Origin: a virus
Taxonomy: Duplodnaviria; Caudoviricetes
DNA length: 40,207 nt
Virus record (IMG/VR): IMGVR_UViG_3300032373_000042
Coordinates: 1-40,207 of that record
Strand: one strand, 5' to 3'
This document shows positions 20,033 to 27,891 of the stretch, one piece after another. Within the stretch, counting starts at the first letter, position 1. Each line of letters opens with the position of its first letter. The position numbers were made by a program, and so were the translations under genes. A model generated the notes under the pieces. It saw nothing but the letters and a program-made list of their open reading frames with translations, ran no database searches and was not told where the DNA came from.

Positions 20033-20057
20033 AAAAAAGAGGGATTTCGCTCCCTCT
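20033..20057 (-). terminator. Intrinsic terminator ending the tmRNA transcript
   Basis: Minus strand AGAGGGA-GCGAAA-TCCCTCT-TTTTT, 7 nt after the tag stop codon. Confidence 0.85.
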
Positions 20058-20311
20058 GGGCGTCTTATGCCACGGCTCTAAGCTGTGTAAAAGAAGGTGT
20101 AATAACTTTTGCAGTTATTGTAAAATAAATCTCTTTTTTGCTCTTTTGTATTGTCAAAACCAGTCGTCCCCATTACGGGGTTTTTTATCTTGGAAACCCT
20201 AGAAAACCAAAACTTTAAACGGCGAAATTCAAAGTATTTTATTTAGTGGAGACGCCGGGAATCGAACCCGGGTCCAGATACTGAGACACAAAACCTCAAC
20301 GATTTATTTAT
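20038..20311 (-). ncRNA. ssrA: Circularly permuted (two-piece) tmRNA gene
   Basis: Transcription order: acceptor piece (GGAC-CCGGG-TTCGATT-CCCGG-CGTCTCC-A, 20275-20247), about 75-nt intervening segment, then coding piece starting GGGGACG-ACTGGTTTTGAC at 20171. 7-bp acceptor stem with G3.U70, inter-piece pairing and tag ORF all present. End coordinates are estimates. Confidence 0.88.
20065..20112 (-). other. tmRNA tag reading frame (A)AKVITPSFTQLRAVA*
   Basis: Resume codon GCA preceded by AATAACT; 15 codons, hydrophobic Ala-ending C-terminus, TAA at 20067-20065. Confidence 0.8.
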
Positions 20312-20316
20312 GCTGT

Positions 20317-20324
20317 TAAAGATA
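20317..20324 (-). promoter_or_regulatory. Putative -7 promoter box for tmRNA
   Basis: Minus strand TATCTTTA (one mismatch to TAnnTTTG), about 7 nt upstream of the first paired segment of the acceptor piece. Confidence 0.5.
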
Positions 20325-20330
20325 GTATTT

Positions 20331-20909
20331 TTAAAGTTCGTATTCTAATCCGGTTACTATTCTGTAAATATCTCGTGTGATCCTTGCATCGAATAAGGCA
20401 TCGTGCAAACTTTCCTGATCTACTGACAAGCCTAATTCCAACGCCACACGTTTAAGTTTGAAACTCGGCATTTCCGATCGTCTGTCCATCAAATATTCCG
20501 ATGCCAAGCATAAAACGTCGATGGTGTCCGCCCAAAACCATGAGCCGATAAATTTATCGCCGTTAAGCTCGAAAAACATACGGAGGAAAAGATCGTCGAA
20601 CGCCCGATTATTGAAACCAACTAAATGGATCTTTTGTTTTTTATCGTATTTGCTGACATATTTACTCAGGAATGCGAGGAACGTTTTATGTACTTTCGAC
20701 ATTTCCATGTACGACAAAATCTCTTTTTCTGTTTTGTTGCAAACTGCCATGGCTTCTTTTGCGATTAATGCTTTTGGATGTGGTCGCACTTTGAAGTCGA
20801 ATTCCTCGACCACTACATCGTCAACCTCAACGATACCCGATAATTGGTGTATCGAATGTAATTTCGGATTGGTGCCGGTTGTCTCTACGTCGTAAAATAT
20901 TTTTATCAT
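20331..20909 (-). CDS. DEDDh 3'-5' exonuclease (DNA Pol III epsilon-like)
   Basis: Exo I YDVETTG, Exo II VGFNNRAFD, Exo III HDALFD. Confidence 0.88.
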   Translation of the reverse strand: MIKIFYDVETTGTNPKLHSIHQLSGIVEVDDVVVEEFDFKVRPHPKALIAKEAMAVCNKTEKEILSYMEMSKVHKTFLAFLSKYVSKYDKKQKIHLVGFNNRAFDDLFLRMFFELNGDKFIGSWFWADTIDVLCLASEYLMDRRSEMPSFKLKRVALELGLSVDQESLHDALFDARITRDIYRIVTGLEYEL

Positions 20910-21286
20910 TTCAAAAAAGTTATTAAGTTCTGTATTTCGTGTATGTATTCTACATCTTTAATCCAACTATTATTGAAGTATATACCCCATTTAGTGTATT
21001 CCGTAGATAATTTTAAGCCCATGCGTAACGTATAACTTCCGTTTTCGTATAAATGGTCGTCGTAGTGAATTAATCCTATCCCCGTTAAATTTTCTTTATT
21101 TATCGCAATTCCTGAACAATGGCGAACGTCTATTGTATAGCCATCTTTTTGAGGAGTATTCAAACATTCGATTTCGCCAAATATTGAAATGCCTTGTACC
21201 TCAACTTCTAAATTTGGGATTCTTATTTCACTATTTGGCAAGGATATTAAAATCTTATTGCCTCGGCATATTTCTGAAATTTCCAT
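20906..21286 (-). CDS. Hypothetical protein
   Basis: The track start (21349) lies in the duplicated 58-mer; the likely start is MEISE at 21286. C-terminal YIHEIQNL motif. Confidence 0.6.
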   Translation of the reverse strand: MEISEICRGNKILISLPNSEIRIPNLEVEVQGISIFGEIECLNTPQKDGYTIDVRHCSGIAINKENLTGIGLIHYDDHLYENGSYTLRMGLKLSTEYTKWGIYFNNSWIKDVEYIHEIQNLITFLK

Positions 21287-21293
21287 AATATTA

Positions 21294-21411
21294 TCGGTTT
21301 TGTCTGTATCTTTTAATTGATCGTTGTATCGTTTTGTAACTGACTCCATATTCGGTTTTGTCTGTATCTTTTAATTGATCGTTGTATCGTTTTGTAACTG
21401 ACTCCATATTC
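21294..21411. repeat. Perfect 58-bp tandem duplication
   Basis: TCGGTTTTGTCTGTATCTTTTAATTGATCGTTGTATCGTTTTGTAACTGACTCCATAT at 21294-21351 and 21352-21409. Confidence 0.95.
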
Positions 21412-21684
21412 ATCTGCCAAAGTCTGGAGGTTTTCGCCTCTCGATGCTTTGGCGGAAATTATCGGATAGTCTGCCAGTTTTAAAGCTCTTTTATTTGCGA
21501 ACGCATCCACTTTAAAGGTTGTATCTTCTAAAAGTTTGATTGCGGATTCTACCTGGTCCACGATTGCGTCCACTTTGTCGATTTCCTCTTGGTGTATGTG
21601 AGGGAAACTCCGACCTATAATGTTATCCCGTTCCTTTTTGACCTCCCGGAGTCCGTCCTTCAGTAGTTTAATATCATAACGCAT
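21313..21684 (-). CDS. HTH DNA-binding protein
   Basis: C-terminal GENLQTLADEYGVSYKTIQRSIKR helix-turn-helix pattern. Confidence 0.7.
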   Translation of the reverse strand: MRYDIKLLKDGLREVKKERDNIIGRSFPHIHQEEIDKVDAIVDQVESAIKLLEDTTFKVDAFANKRALKLADYPIISAKASRGENLQTLADEYGVSYKTIQRSIKRYRQNRIWSQLQNDTTIN

Positions 21685-21685
21685 A

Positions 21686-21907
21686 CTAATTGAGATTAGA
21701 CATATCAGGTAAAGGGAGTATTTTAAAACTATGTTTTAAACCGTCCTCAGGCTCAAATTTATTACCACATTTAGGGCATTTTACATAATCTATATAATCC
21801 CTGTTTAAAATAGTTCTTATTATACGTTTTACCTCCGGTTCGTCGGTACAGTTAAAGAGATTAGTTAAGTCCTCTCTTATTTCGTGTAGAATTTCGTCTC
21901 TGCTCAT
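21686..21907 (-). CDS. Small protein with CPKCG zinc knuckle
   Basis: Likely start MSRDEIL at 21907, 21 nt after the promoter box; the track start at 22048 spans the promoter region. Confidence 0.6.
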   Translation of the reverse strand: MSRDEILHEIREDLTNLFNCTDEPEVKRIIRTILNRDYIDYVKCPKCGNKFEPEDGLKHSFKILPLPDMSNLN

Positions 21908-21928
21908 AATGTCGTCGTTTTGATAGTT

Positions 21929-21936
21929 CAAATCTA
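21929..21936 (-). promoter_or_regulatory. Bacteroidota-type -7 promoter box
   Basis: Minus strand TAGATTTG in an AT-rich intergenic region. Confidence 0.6.
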
Positions 21937-22008
21937 AAACATAAAAACGGATATAAAAAATATTTTTACAAAAAAAAGTGAAATTTATTTTTATATCCGT
22001 TAAAATAA

Positions 22009-22184
22009 TTAGACTGTATAATATCCTGATCGGTAGCCGTAGCAACATTTTTTGGCTTTTTTTTACCGCTGCCGCACGTACAAGGTTGATTCCTGTAAAC
22101 TTTCGGGTTTGCCTGTACCAATGTTGTAGATCCTTTTTTCTCAGGTCGAAGGCTTATTGGTATTATTTGTTTAGGTTTTCCCAT
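22009..22184 (-). pseudogene. SEC-C motif protein, frameshifted at an A8 tract
   Basis: KVYRNQPCTCGSGKK continues as AKKCCYGYRSGYYTV* (stop 22009-22011) only if A8 (22057-22064) were A6 or A9. Confidence 0.7.
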
Positions 22185-22597
22185 TATATTAGAGTTTGGC
22201 TAATCGGCTGCAACGGGCGGCCGTATGTTACTGTCGTAATCCATAAGGTTTTCGACTCTTTTAGTTTTTTAAGTTGTCCAACTCTGAATTTCCAAGCGAA
22301 TGTCGCTGTACCTTCTTTTAAATCCCAAACTTTGGCGTTGCTCATTGTTCGCACTCTTGGGTAAATTGGTAACTCTGGTTTGTCCGTTGCAACCGCAATC
22401 GGTTGTACTGGTCCGCCGAAATTTAATACTGTGATGTTTGCCACACCTTCAGATACTATCTTCTCGACCTCTTGGTCGTCCAACTGCATACAAAAAGTAA
22501 TAATACCGTTGGTCTGAGCCAATGCGGGTAAATTCTCGTATTCTGGCTGATTTTCAGCGATTACGATGTTTTGTTCTTTGAATTCTATTGCTTTCAT
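22184..22597 (-). CDS. Hypothetical protein with internally duplicated domain
   Basis: Two similar halves ending ITVLNFGGPVQPI and ITTVTYGRPLQPI. Confidence 0.7.
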   Translation of the reverse strand: MKAIEFKEQNIVIAENQPEYENLPALAQTNGIITFCMQLDDQEVEKIVSEGVANITVLNFGGPVQPIAVATDKPELPIYPRVRTMSNAKVWDLKEGTATFAWKFRVGQLKKLKESKTLWITTVTYGRPLQPISQTLI

Positions 22598-22604
22598 AAA
22601 TTTG

Positions 22605-22958
22605 TTATTTTGATTTTTTATTTAGTTGTCTGTCTAAACTCTCAACCCAAGCAACACAAACGGCAGCAAGTTGTACGAGTTCAACTCTTCTTTTTCCAGG
22701 ATCGAACTCACTCACTACCTCGCTGAATTCCTCCAAAGCAATATGGGCATAAGTACCCTTATTATTTTTAAAAGAGTTATCACACATAAATTTAGCTCTT
22801 ATCTCCGAAGGTATTTCGTAAAACAAACACATTCTTTCGGGAGTAGAACCTCCAGGCCTGTTAATTAAAGTTTGATCTAAACAAGGGTGTGTTTGTTGAC
22901 CCCATTTCTTTTCCTGTCTTTCACGCTCTGACCGGATGTCATTAAATACTTTTTCCAT
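22605..22958 (-). CDS. MazG-like NTP pyrophosphohydrolase
   Basis: ERERQEKKWG...LEEFSEV...ELVQLAAVCVAWVE matches the EExxE...ExxQ all-alpha NTP-PPase pattern. Confidence 0.65.
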   Translation of the reverse strand: MEKVFNDIRSERERQEKKWGQQTHPCLDQTLINRPGGSTPERMCLFYEIPSEIRAKFMCDNSFKNNKGTYAHIALEEFSEVVSEFDPGKRRVELVQLAAVCVAWVESLDRQLNKKSK

Positions 22959-22965
22959 ACTTCTA

Positions 22966-23421
22966 TTATTTAGTTAAAAATTCTTTTTTGATTCCGACCG
23001 AGTTTTCGTCGATCCGTACAACCGTGTTCCAAAATGCGTCGAACGCATCCAATAGGCTTTCGGACATTTCCCCGGTACCGTCTCCGAAATATTTTGTAAA
23101 TTCTTTGTTGAACTCCTTAAAAAATTTGTCGAACCGTGCATCCTGATTTTTGATACGATTAAGTTTGTTTTTCGAGGTACGTTTTATCTGTCTCAAATGT
23201 TCGGTATCTTGCGAGGCCTTTTCCGACATAGCGACATCGACCTGGCGGATTAATTCCCTTTGATTCTGGGAATATTCAATATAATAAGACTCAAACATAC
23301 AGAGCATCGCGGATAATTTAGTCGATAACCTGACATTGTTTTGGATTAATTTCTCCGACTCTTTTTCGTATTTTTCTCCTAAAAACTCGGCCAAATCCGA
23401 TATTGGTTTTTTACTTTTCAT
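22966..23421 (-). CDS. Hypothetical protein
   Basis: 151-aa ATG ORF coupled to its neighbours. Confidence 0.65.
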   Translation of the reverse strand: MKSKKPISDLAEFLGEKYEKESEKLIQNNVRLSTKLSAMLCMFESYYIEYSQNQRELIRQVDVAMSEKASQDTEHLRQIKRTSKNKLNRIKNQDARFDKFFKEFNKEFTKYFGDGTGEMSESLLDAFDAFWNTVVRIDENSVGIKKEFLTK

Positions 23422-24880
23422 GTTTTATATTTTTGAATATGTGGGCGATTACATCGACTGTCCAACCATTGCCGAGCATCTTATAACGTTGTGAATTACT
23501 TACACAATCCGTATAATGGTCTGGTACGGTTTGCAGACGTTCGCACTCAATCGGTGTCAGTTTCCTGATATAACCCTCAATTAAAATGCCATGTCTGTCC
23601 TGCGCGGTCAGAGTATAAAACTTTTTTCCCTCGTTAAACCATTGTCCATTTTGTTTTTTCTCGATTCTGTCAGGAGTGATACACCCGAAAAGAGCCACCG
23701 CAACATTATAGCGTCCACATTCCTGAGTCAAACACGGCGAGATCCCCTCTGTGTTGTAAACCCTGTTTTGCGTATATGGTTGTGCGCCGTTAGACTCTTT
23801 ACACTCGCAAATCTGGTGTACTTCTCTGTCAACTTCGCCAAATAAATATTTATCATCTGGTATTATGGTTACTTCTTTGACGTGTACGAAATAAACTTTA
23901 TTACCTTTTTTATCTTTTCTGAAATATCCGACTTTTCCTCGCTCCACTTCTTTGTCAAGTATCTGGAGGGTTTTATCAAACGGTACAATGTATTTCGCCA
24001 GTTCCTCCATTACAAAATTACCATCCCAGTTTGCGTACTGCCTCGCTGTCATTGTTATAGCTTTTTCAGGATCGAGGGCGGAATACTTCTTTTTCAATCG
24101 TTCGTCCGCATTCTTTTTAAACCATTTTATATGCGAGTCTGTTTCTGGTCCCGCTTCTATTATTACGGGAGTTTCTGAAACACCCACCGAGACTTTTTGC
24201 CCCTCGCCTTTATTGGTTGTTAGCGTGTTCGATTTATCTTTTGCAACGCAGTAAACTAAACCGTTCATGCCTTTACCTGAAGGATTAATATTGAATTGCT
24301 CCACCTCGATAAGTTCGTCCACTTGTTCATGGATTATGTCTCGCAGTAAAATACCTTTGTCCTCTGGTCGCGTAATATTTGGAATGTTAGTCCAAAATAA
24401 ACGCTTTCGATTTTGAGCGGAAACCAAAGCGGAATTAATCTCGATCGGTTGCACTCCTAAATATTTAGAAATTACGTCCTGGTATTCTTTTTTCATTCTC
24501 ACATTTTCCAACATGAAAAGTACATCGGGGTTTAGTTGTCGAGCTTCCTCCAGAATTCTAACGAATTCAAAAAATAACATACTGCGGGGATCTTCAAAGT
24601 TTAATTGTTTCCCGGCAAAGCTGAAACCCTGACACGGACTGCCTCCAATGATTAATCCCAATTTAGGGAGTACCATATCGACACCGTGCAAATCTGTAAC
24701 GCTCCCAAGTTGTATTGTATTGGGATAATTTTTTAATGCGACTTTTATCGCCCATTTGTCAATCTCGCACGCAAAGTAATTGTCCACTTTTATACCTAAT
24801 TGATCCAAGGCAATTTGTCCGCACGACATACCATCGAATAAAGAAAGTACGTTAAAATCTTCATTTTTTGAATGCTTCAT
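23411..24880 (-). CDS. dcm: DNA (cytosine-5) methyltransferase
   Basis: Motif I LSLFDGMSCG, IV GGSPCQGFS, VI LENV, VIII QNRKR, IX RKLTPIECERLQ, X YKMLGNG. Confidence 0.92.
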   Translation of the reverse strand: MKHSKNEDFNVLSLFDGMSCGQIALDQLGIKVDNYFACEIDKWAIKVALKNYPNTIQLGSVTDLHGVDMVLPKLGLIIGGSPCQGFSFAGKQLNFEDPRSMLFFEFVRILEEARQLNPDVLFMLENVRMKKEYQDVISKYLGVQPIEINSALVSAQNRKRLFWTNIPNITRPEDKGILLRDIIHEQVDELIEVEQFNINPSGKGMNGLVYCVAKDKSNTLTTNKGEGQKVSVGVSETPVIIEAGPETDSHIKWFKKNADERLKKKYSALDPEKAITMTARQYANWDGNFVMEELAKYIVPFDKTLQILDKEVERGKVGYFRKDKKGNKVYFVHVKEVTIIPDDKYLFGEVDREVHQICECKESNGAQPYTQNRVYNTEGISPCLTQECGRYNVAVALFGCITPDRIEKKQNGQWFNEGKKFYTLTAQDRHGILIEGYIRKLTPIECERLQTVPDHYTDCVSNSQRYKMLGNGWTVDVIAHIFKNIKHEK

Positions 24881-25242
24881 ATTTTAAAATCTGTTTTATT
24901 TTTGTCTGTAAATTCATGTACTCGGTTTACCAACCACCCTAATAAATAGCATTCGGCCTCGTCGTTGAAAACATCCAATTTTTGTCCAATGTCTCCGAAT
25001 ATTCTATTTACGGCGTGTTTACATTCGTGGGCGATTATTCCGGGCGTTGGGTACAAGTACCCTTTATTTTTGCGAACCTTGAAACCCATGTAGTTTTTAC
25101 CGTTATAGTTGTGGATAAATCCGTCTGTCTCCGAAACGTCTAAATTGAAATATTTTTCTTTGACCTCGTTATCGTCGTCCCAAAGTAAAAGAGTGAATTT
25201 GTCGCCGTAAATCGGTATCGTTAAAACTTTACTTTTTAGCAT
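24877..25242 (-). CDS. HExxH metallopeptidase-like small protein
   Basis: IIAHECKHAV...NDEAECYLLGWL. Confidence 0.6.
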   Translation of the reverse strand: MLKSKVLTIPIYGDKFTLLLWDDDNEVKEKYFNLDVSETDGFIHNYNGKNYMGFKVRKNKGYLYPTPGIIAHECKHAVNRIFGDIGQKLDVFNDEAECYLLGWLVNRVHEFTDKNKTDFKI

Positions 25243-25493
25243 ATTTTTAATACTTCCATATTATTTTCCAAATCTGACAAAGACGGAATTTCCGAGTTTT
25301 TCAAATGGAATAAGTGGCGGTTATTAGCTTTGTTTATAATATCGGCTTTTTTCGGGAACACTTCAATAAATACCGTGTCCGGGAAATGTTCGTCTTTAAT
25401 ATCTTGCATCTGCTCCCAAGTTAATGGGGTTTCGTTTTGCGGATCTACACCCAAATAGATGTATTTGTCATTTTCTGCGATTACGATTTGCAT
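25236..25493 (-). CDS. Conserved phage hypothetical protein
   Basis: LTWEQMQDIK...IEVFPK...NKANNRHLF pattern, resembling a common small phage family. Confidence 0.6.
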   Translation of the reverse strand: MQIVIAENDKYIYLGVDPQNETPLTWEQMQDIKDEHFPDTVFIEVFPKKADIINKANNRHLFHLKNSEIPSLSDLENNMEVLKIC

Positions 25494-25495
25494 AA

Positions 25496-25735
25496 TTAAA
25501 AGATTCTGAATACGTCGTCGGCAACCTCTGGACTCGTTATAATTTCGATACTGTCTAAAGTACCAATGTCTGTTCGTGGGTTGTACAATGGTTCGCCCTC
25601 TTTTGGGTTCTGTACTCTGGATCTGCTTAACTTTTGTAAAGTTTTAGCATTGCAGATAATTATTTGGGGCGTTCCGTCGTGGGATTCGCATTGTGCCTCC
25701 AGTTGAGGTAATAAATCTAAAATTGGAATACTCAT
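25496..25735 (-). CDS. Hypothetical protein
   Basis: Likely start MSIPILD at 25735 (ATGA overlap with the upstream stop). Confidence 0.55.
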   Translation of the reverse strand: MSIPILDLLPQLEAQCESHDGTPQIIICNAKTLQKLSRSRVQNPKEGEPLYNPRTDIGTLDSIEIITSPEVADDVFRIF

Positions 25736-25914
25736 AATTTCTTTTTTATTGAACACCAGAGCCAATCTGGTATTTTGATTTGATTAAAATTTAACTCTTT
25801 AATTTGTGATTTTGGAATCCAAGCGAAACAACGGCGTAAGGTTATCGGGTGGTAAAATTCATAATTAAAACACTTTTCCGACTCCGACTTTATTTGCTCC
25901 GTTTGTAAAACCAT
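25732..25914 (-). CDS. Hypothetical protein (about 60 aa)
   Basis: Likely start MVLQTEQ at 25914, 1 nt after the upstream stop; the track start overlaps the upstream gene. Confidence 0.55.
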   Translation of the reverse strand: MVLQTEQIKSESEKCFNYEFYHPITLRRCFAWIPKSQIKELNFNQIKIPDWLWCSIKKKL

Positions 25915-25915
25915 T

Positions 25916-26545
25916 CTAAAAACTTGGGTCGCCGCAATTTTTACAACCTCCGTTAATACTTCTTTTTTCGTCGTTACAACATTTTTGCATTTTCTCAATT
26001 TCGTTTTTATGAAATTGAGAAACCCCGTTCGGTTGTACGTCGTCAAAGAAGGCAACAGGATTATTTTTATAATATTCAGTTTGTGCCTCGCAATGTTCCA
26101 GAGGAACACTCAATCGAGTAATGTTGTAGTATATCCAGTCCATGCCTAATTCCTTATAATTGGCAAAGTGTCGGAGTAGATCGGTAAAATAAAAATGTAG
26201 CCCCTCAAAATCGTTCCATAAATCTAAATTAAGGATATGGATTGATAATGCGACACCGTGCGGCATTGTAACCGTTTCAATGTAGAAATTATCAGTTGTA
26301 AGTCTACCAAGTGCGTTGAGTTCGTAAACCTCTGACAATTCAGGGTGTTTCTTTTTATCGGATTTACTTTCGTACCAATCCACATCCATTTTTAAGGACA
26401 TCGGCTCGGTAATATAGAAACCGGTATTAAATATTGTCTTTTTACCTTCCTCAGAAAAATGCGGATATTTGTTGATCCAATCGTGGAACATTACGAACGC
26501 ATTTTGTACAGTAGTGAAATTCGATGTTTGGTGTATGTGTCCCAT
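25916..26545 (-). CDS. Hypothetical protein with Cys-rich C-terminus
   Basis: 209 aa; ends KCC...GGCKNCGD. Confidence 0.65.
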   Translation of the reverse strand: MGHIHQTSNFTTVQNAFVMFHDWINKYPHFSEEGKKTIFNTGFYITEPMSLKMDVDWYESKSDKKKHPELSEVYELNALGRLTTDNFYIETVTMPHGVALSIHILNLDLWNDFEGLHFYFTDLLRHFANYKELGMDWIYYNITRLSVPLEHCEAQTEYYKNNPVAFFDDVQPNGVSQFHKNEIEKMQKCCNDEKRSINGGCKNCGDPSF

Positions 26546-26985
26546 TATTTCGTCCCTGTTGATCCGAAACCACCTTTACGTTCTGAAGGTGTCGGGAATA
26601 GTTTATTTATTTCGCTAACAATCGAGATACCTTGATATGATACCGGTACCAATAACATTTGGACCAGTTTTTCGCCTGGTTCAATTTCTACGACATCGCC
26701 GCCAATATTACGGACATGGATTTCGATTTCGTTTTGGTAATCCTCATCAATCACACACGCACCAACTTGTAAACCTTTTCGAGTTGCCTGTCCTGACTTA
26801 TTCATAACGATAAGCGCATGACCTTTCGGTACTTTGGCATAAATACCCGATTTGATTTGCACATCTTGTGTCGGTGCTAAAAAATGATTGCCAGGAAAAT
26901 CATTTGGTACAAAAAAATCGATACCCGCTGATTTTGCCGTCCCACGTTCGGGAGTTTTTACGTCTCTAATTATTACTATTTTCAT
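26545..26985 (-). CDS. dut: Trimeric dUTPase
   Basis: SAGIDF, KSG, VIDEDYQNEI, KLVQ and RKGGFGSTG motifs. Confidence 0.93.
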   Translation of the reverse strand: MKIVIIRDVKTPERGTAKSAGIDFFVPNDFPGNHFLAPTQDVQIKSGIYAKVPKGHALIVMNKSGQATRKGLQVGACVIDEDYQNEIEIHVRNIGGDVVEIEPGEKLVQMLLVPVSYQGISIVSEINKLFPTPSERKGGFGSTGTK

Positions 26986-27869
26986 TGTTTTGATTTTATT
27001 TCCTCTGCGTCTTTAACTTCTAAGTTGTTAACGTTCAAATGCAGTATGTACGCTCTGTGCGCTAAATATAGAGACTCTATTCTTTTGAAAGCTTCTGTAT
27101 TTCTAGGAGTGTCGTAAACTTCATCCGAGACGAAAAAAGCGTCCCAATCTTCAATGCTTTTAGTTTTACACCCTATTTTTATATCAGTATTATTTATGTT
27201 TGAAACATACCATTTGCAAAAAATAGGCATTCGGGCACGCTCTAAGTTGGCACGCTCTAAGTTGGCACGCACTAAGTTGGCACCCTCTAAGTTGGCACCC
27301 TCTAAGTTGGCATCCCCTAAGTTGGCACGATCTAAGTTGGCACGCACTAAGTTGGCACGCACTAAGTTGGCATCCCTTAAGTTGGCATCCCTTAAGTTGG
27401 CACGCTCTAAGTTGGCATCCCTTAAGTTGGCACGCTCTAAGTTGGCATCCTCTAAGTTGGCATCCTCTAAGTTGGCATCCCTTAAGTTGACATCCTCTAA
27501 GTTGGCATCCCTTAAGTTGGCATCCTCTAAGTTGGCATCCTCTAAGTTGGCATCCCTTAAGTTGGCATCCCTTAAGTTGGCATCCCTTAAGTTGGCATCC
27601 TCTAAGTTGGCATTCCTTAAGTTGGCATCCTCTAAGTTGGCATCCCTTAAGTTGGCATCCTCTAAGATGGCACCCTCTAAGTTGGCATTCCTTAAGTTGG
27701 CATCCCTTAAGTTGGCATCCCTTAAGTTGGCATCCCCTAAGTTGGCATAGCGAAGATCTTTTCCAAGTCGTATCGCTTCCAAGAGTGTTTCTTTTACAGA
27801 ATTGTCCTCTTTTTCAAATTCAAAAAGTAATTTCCCGAAAATCGAATTAATTTTAATCTTTGTTTTCAT
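26982..27869 (-). CDS. Pentapeptide repeat protein
   Basis: About 34 tandem ANLxx repeats between unique N- and C-terminal domains. Confidence 0.92.
   Translation of the reverse strand: MKTKIKINSIFGKLLFEFEKEDNSVKETLLEAIRLGKDLRYANLGDANLRDANLRDANLRNANLEGAILEDANLRDANLEDANLRNANLEDANLRDANLRDANLRDANLEDANLEDANLRDANLEDVNLRDANLEDANLEDANLERANLRDANLERANLRDANLRDANLVRANLVRANLDRANLGDANLEGANLEGANLVRANLERANLERARMPIFCKWYVSNINNTDIKIGCKTKSIEDWDAFFVSDEVYDTPRNTEAFKRIESLYLAHRAYILHLNVNNLEVKDAEEIKSKQ
27233..27748. repeat. 15-bp coding tandem repeat array
   Basis: Unit of the form TAAGTTGGCATCCCT / TAAGTTGGCACGCTC repeated about 34 times. Confidence 0.95.
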
Positions 27870-27891
27870 AATTTCTATATTTTTTATATGT

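Noticed and set aside
20244-20311. Ordinary tRNA or an attP tRNA fragment at the T-arm sequence
   Set aside because: There is no D-arm or anticodon arm upstream; the complementary acceptor strand lies downstream at 20171 and is followed by a tag ORF. No integrase is present in the window.
27154-27750. 198-aa plus-strand ORF of KLASL repeats, and the 15-bp array as a possible CRISPR
   Set aside because: It is the antisense shadow of the pentapeptide gene; the units are contiguous 15-mers with no unique spacers.
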